Shown here: positions 59,033 to 64,000 of the stretch, one piece after another
Position numbering within the stretch: the stretch's first letter is position 1
Layout: every line of letters begins with the position of its first letter
Source: Eledone cirrhosa
Taxonomy: Eukaryota
NCBI GenBank assembly: GCA_964016885.1
Contig: OZ024741.1
Location: forward strand, 346,022,001-346,086,000
Length of the DNA: 64,000 nt
Direction of reading: 5' to 3'
The notes under the pieces: model-generated
Told to the model about the DNA's origin: nothing
The model's input: the letters and a program-made list of their open reading frames with translations, nothing else
Databases searched by the model: none
Made by a program: the position numbers and the translations under genes

Positions 59033-59576
59033 CCTTATGTGAATGAATAGAACACAAATAACAATAAAATACAAACAAACAGAAACAAAATAAAACATTG
59101 CAGCAAAAAGCAAATACATTCCACGAGACTATATTATGATAAAAACAAAAACGTATCAATAACATATCAAACACGGTAGGGATATTAAAACTCAGAAACT
59201 ACTAGCATAAACAATGCAAAAATATAAAAAAAAAATACGTAAAAAAAAAAAAGAAATATAATATATAAATGCGTAAGGTGAAATACGCAGATATTCTATA
59301 AAGACAAAAACAGAGTATCATGCTAGAAAGAAGATTATATATATTAATATACTAGCTATCCCAGTCATAAACTACAGTTTCAATATGATATATTTGAAGT
59401 TACGTGAACTCAAGAGGTTGGATAGAAGCACACAAAGAAGAAGAAAAAAATATATATCTAAAGACAAGAAAAAGATCAGAAAGTACTCTATACATTCTGA
59501 AGCTCCCAACATAAAAGCTGATAAAGATCGTATTATGTCGTGTACATTGTGTGTGCTTGCATGTGTGGGCGTGTTT

Positions 59577-59609
<33 letters not shown>

Positions 59610-60054
59610 GAAAGAGAGAGAGAAAGAGGTGGGGAGAAAGAAAGTGAGAGTGGGGAAAGCTAATACCAAATATGAGAATTACAATAGAGTAACTACAACA
59701 AGTCAAGAAAAATACTTTAAAGTAATCTTGGGAAGATTAATCAGTGTAGGCTAGTAAATATCAATATGAAATCAAATAATAAAGTACAAAGACATATTTA
59801 ATTGTATTGAAGAATATATGTTTAGATCAGGACATAATTGGCGCATGTATGGTTTTTTAGTTAGTAAGTTCATTTCACATCCACCTGCTTCCGATTTCTA
59901 TCCCATTATGTCTGAGATTATGGCCTTAGGTTGACCAATAACTTAGTGCACAACGTAATATTTAATTAAGATAATGTTATTGTAGCTATTAATAATATGC
60001 AAACTGGCACGTCTAGTTCGCCGTTACTGCTATTTTTAATAGGTTTATAAAATA

Positions 60055-61000
60055 CTAGCAGTAAAGCCCGGCGTTGCTCGGGGTCGCTCAGTAGCTGTGT
60101 TAAAGTTACAATGTTAAGTTTCTTTTTTGGCTTAAAAACTGTAGTGTCTACTGTACAGACTTGCATGTGGTGTTTTTGATTAATATTCCCTCAAACAACA
60201 ATATGCCTTATGAAGTTAAGAAAACATAACGATAACCCGAATGTTATAACAAAAGAGGATGCTGGGGATAAAAACTGCACTGGTTATTTATTAACAAAGA
60301 TCGAAAATGTAAACACTGCAACGCAGATAAAAACATTAGCGTAACCAAATTATCAGTTATGTCTGTCTGCACGCCTATATCACCTCTCTGCACGACTGTC
60401 TGTCTGCACGCCTATATCACCTCTCTGCACGACTGTCTGTCTGCACGCCTATATCACTCTCTGCACGACTATCTGTCTGCACGCGTATATCACCTCTCTG
60501 CACGACTGTGTGTCTGCACGACTGTCTGTCTGCACGCCTAACGACGAAATATTTGCTTGTTTTACGTAGTCTTTAAATAGACTTGTTTTCAAGTAAAAAT
60601 ATTGTTTTAAAATGCTTTTAAATGGAAATGAAGCAAAACGGAAGCTTAGTATTCGAACTGATGAATTTTGCAGGTCAATATTTTGCTGGCTCGACAACTG
60701 TTCGTGTATTGTGTTAATGTCATTTTAAACGCTGAGAAAGCCAGCGTAATTTTTTACGTAAGACGCTCAATGTAAACAGAACAAAGGGAAATAACTGATA
60801 ACTTACGCTCAAAAATCGATACATTATATTCGATTTCGTCACATAGGGTGGGTCAATTTGAAATATTTTTTTCCGATGTCTTCGCTAGGGCTCAATGTAC
60901 AAGTATAGCAATTTCGGTGCAATTCCGTGAGAGATTCTAAGAGGAGATGTGTGCCAAAAATCGATAGACAGACAGACAACCACAGTTTTATATATATAGA
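60055..61000 (-). mobile_element. Non-autonomous Helitron with internal ~37-bp minisatellite (60360-60540)
   Basis: Minus strand starts A|TCtatatatataaaac and ends cccg-agcaacgc-cggg..tgCTAG|T. Termini match those of 27530-28500 but the interior differs. Confidence 0.85.
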
Positions 61001-61238
61001 TTGAGTTAAAATATTTCTGTGTGGATTGTAAGAGAAGCTATTAGATTCTAAAGATAATTTCAATAAAAATCAAACCTTAGGTCAAGCAGTTCATACTTAT
61101 ATGTCTGAACTCTCAGAAATGCAGGTTTGTGAGTCAAGGAGTGGGGTGACTGCAGAGAAAATACCTAAATAAGGGATATTATATATGTAATTTTAGGCTT
61201 ATAACTTTGCTAAATGCAGAGTTTAAAATTTTGATAAA

Positions 61239-61773
61239 TGTGATAGCGGCGAGATTGGCGTGTAGCACGCACCGGCTATCGACGGAGTCCATCTTGAAGA
61301 CCACCACGCCGCATTCTTTTGGTCGGGAAGGCCAGGCTATTTTCTTCTGCCTAGTCACTGGGCCCTAGTGGCTGAAACAACTGGAGATAGACACTTTCCA
61401 CTTCGGTCAATCCCTTATAACTTTTTCAAGTTCCACTTGGAAAGGAAGGGGAGGGAAGTGCTACCCCTAGTACATTTATTAAAAGGTGGGTGAATGTAGC
61501 GATGATAGCCCTAGCGAATACGCAAACTCTGACCATGCGCCTGTAGGGTGGGAGAAGGGAGGGTGCCCTTCTGGAGTCCTCTTGGAGAGTAGAGTAGTTT
61601 AGGATTGATATAGTTCTTAAGTCACTCCTGGGTGGTACTCTCTTTACTGTGAAATTGTTATTGCTATAATTGTATTTATTGTTATCTGTTATCTTTTGTT
61701 ACACGATTTTATGTAAACACCCACTGTCCTACTTGTTTCACCATTGTAGCCAATAAATAAATCAACTTCACCA
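61239..61773 (+). mobile_element. Possible solo LTR
   Basis: GC-richer ~530-bp island beginning TG and ending CA with AATAAA about 20 nt from the end; no TSD found. Confidence 0.35.
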
Positions 61774-61798
61774 TTGTTATTATTATTAATCCACTGGT

Positions 61799-62352
61799 GG
61801 CGGTGGATTGGTAGTATCGGTAGAGGGTCGGACGTCATGCTTTACAGCATAGAGTTACGACCCTCTGCGGTCTGAGTTCAAATCCCACACAGGTTAACTT
61901 TGCCTTTCATCTTTACGGGTTCGATAAAATAAAGCACCAGTAATGTACTGGGTCGATTTAATCCACACAAATTACTGGCCTTGTGCCTAAATTAGAAATC
62001 ATTATTATTGTTATAGTTACGTCCCTTTACGATCTGAGTTCAAATCCCGCCGAGGTTGACTTTGCCTTTCATCCTTACAGGGTCGATAAAATAAAGTACC
62101 AGTAATGCACTGGATAATTGCTGGCCTTGTGCCTAAAGTAGAAAAAATTACTATTGTTATTGTTGCGGATTGGTAGTATCGGTAGAGGGTCGGACGCCAT
62201 GCTTTATCAGCATAGAGTTACATACCTTTACGGTCTGAGTTCAAATCCCGCCGAGGTTAACTTTACCTTTCATCCTTAAGGGGGCGATAGAATAAAGTAC
62301 CTGTCATGCATTGGTATAATTGCTGGCCTTGTGCCAAAAGTAGAAACAATTA
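61799..62352 (+). mobile_element. Three tandem copies of the major SINE (middle one headless)
   Basis: gagttcaaatccc at about 61874, 62036 and 62237, each followed by core and tail. Confidence 0.9.
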
Positions 62353-62721
62353 TTGCTGTTTTTGATTTTGGTTTCTTTGTTGTTGCTGTTGGTTTTGTTT
62401 TTGTTGCTTCTTCAGTTGATCTTTTTGCTATTACTGTTGTTGTTCTTGAAGTTATGTTTTGACTGGTGATATACAATTCTGATACAACTTCCGATATGGC
62501 GATGGTAGGTTATAAAATCTTCCTATTCAGCAATAAATTGGTTTTGCTTAGGCGTTAGAAATATTTCAAATAACGCCAATATAGTTGTAGAATGAAACAT
62601 GAATTTCCCAACCAAACATTCCCATTCACCTTCATACGCATCGATGATATCTTTGTCATTAACAGTTTCTTTATTCTACTACAAATATGAATATAGAAGA
62701 TTAAACATGTTGCATTTGCAG

Positions 62722-62757
<36 letters not shown>

Positions 62758-62784
62758 ACACCAAACACACACTTTCTCTCTCTT

Positions 62785-62885
<101 letters not shown>

Positions 62886-63124
62886 TATATATTTATTTGT
62901 ATACGAATAATTGTTTTGTAGCAAGGTTCACTGTTCGTCACTCTATACATCGTATTTATCCATAAATCTATTTCTGTCTTGTTAATGTTACACCCCCCCC
63001 CCATACACACACACGCATATATATATTCATATATAGGACATTTATACTTCCGTATATGTGTATAATTATACATAACCATATCGTATGTGTCTCCAAATAC
63101 AATCCTATCACCCACACGCAGCAG

Positions 63125-63234
<110 letters not shown>

Positions 63235-63619
63235 ATCATTTTGGGCGAAGTTCAGTGTCGTGTTTTTATAGACATTTTCTTTACCCTTCGTTTATGGACT
63301 ACAGTCAAATGATAAGAAATATATTCACATTAATAATGAGAACTATAATAACAAACATTACGGTCTAATGTATAAAAAAGAAATGTGTAACGAAAATAAT
63401 ATGATATTTATTAGAGAAACACAATGTGGGAGTAATGAGGAGAGAGAAAGACGAGACAGAGCTGGAAGGAGAAAGCGGGGAAAGGAAAGAAACAATGAGT
63501 AGAGATAGATGTCACGAAGAATTTAATTTGTCTAAGCTAAAATATTTTGAGGCGTGCTTCAAAGCACACAACCTACGAAATATTTTACTGAAAATTCATA
63601 GAAAATACATTATAATTAC

Positions 63620-63746
63620 CCTCGGCACAGAGTTGGCTATCCGCAGGTGTGAGCCTCGCGAGTTGGATTGGCTCTTCCAGAGCGTCTTCCTCACCCTCGT
63701 CCGGGAAAACGCCCTCTCCATTCTGTCCGCTGGGGACGCGGGGTGA
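63620..63746 (+). mobile_element. 3' fragment of a CRE-like non-LTR retrotransposon
   Basis: LGTELAIRRCEPRELDWLFQSVFLTLVRENALSILSAG resembles CRE E..WLFQR.SL..VRGNA.SIL. Confidence 0.65.
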
Positions 63747-63949
63747 CCAGTGCATGGGTCTCCATTTGCTCATAATAGTGAAAAATGGAGAGAGTGAGAG
63801 AGACGGAGCAGTGACAGTAGGAGTTAGGTTCCTTTGTGTTCGGACACACACACACTTACTCTGAGGCAATATAGTTATTTATGTATTTATTTATTTATTT
63901 ACACGCATAAAATAAAGATATATATATGTTTGTCACCATCTTACGATCT

Positions 63950-64000
63950 ATCTATATACTACTAAAACTCTGATCTTGCTTGCTTGCTTGTCTGTTATGT
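63950..64000 (+). mobile_element. Probable 5' end of another Helitron running off the window
   Basis: a|tctatatactactaaaac followed by (gctt)n/gtctg, resembling the other two Helitron heads. Confidence 0.4.

Noticed and set aside
58460-59042. Poly-Asp 'acidic protein' ORF
   Set aside because: Degenerate (GAT)n open in several frames and running into (TA)n; no splice context or signal peptide.

Overview
AT-rich, extremely microsatellite-dense animal DNA. The SINE set and repeat style suggest a cephalopod such as Octopus (inference). I found no convincing host protein-coding gene: nearly all long ORFs in the track are (TA/CA)n artefacts. The window is a patchwork of mobile elements. These include Penelope-like retroelements (PLEs) with RT and/or GIY-YIG remnants and inverted pLTR arms, all sitting in (TA)n; more than a dozen tRNA-derived SINEs; two clean non-autonomous Helitrons; and RTE, Tx1/L1 and CRE LINE fragments. 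The most striking signal is a dense set of type I hammerhead ribozymes folded by eye: 11 motifs with an intact catalytic core from 6 sequence families, plus degenerate and half copies. Two sit in ORF-less, tandem-plus-inverted units (566 nt and about 446 nt) that look like retrozymes, i.e. genomic copies of self-cleaving circular RNAs. A family of tiny fold-back elements inverts inside hammerhead stem II. All alignments and folds were done manually and coordinates may be off by a few bases.
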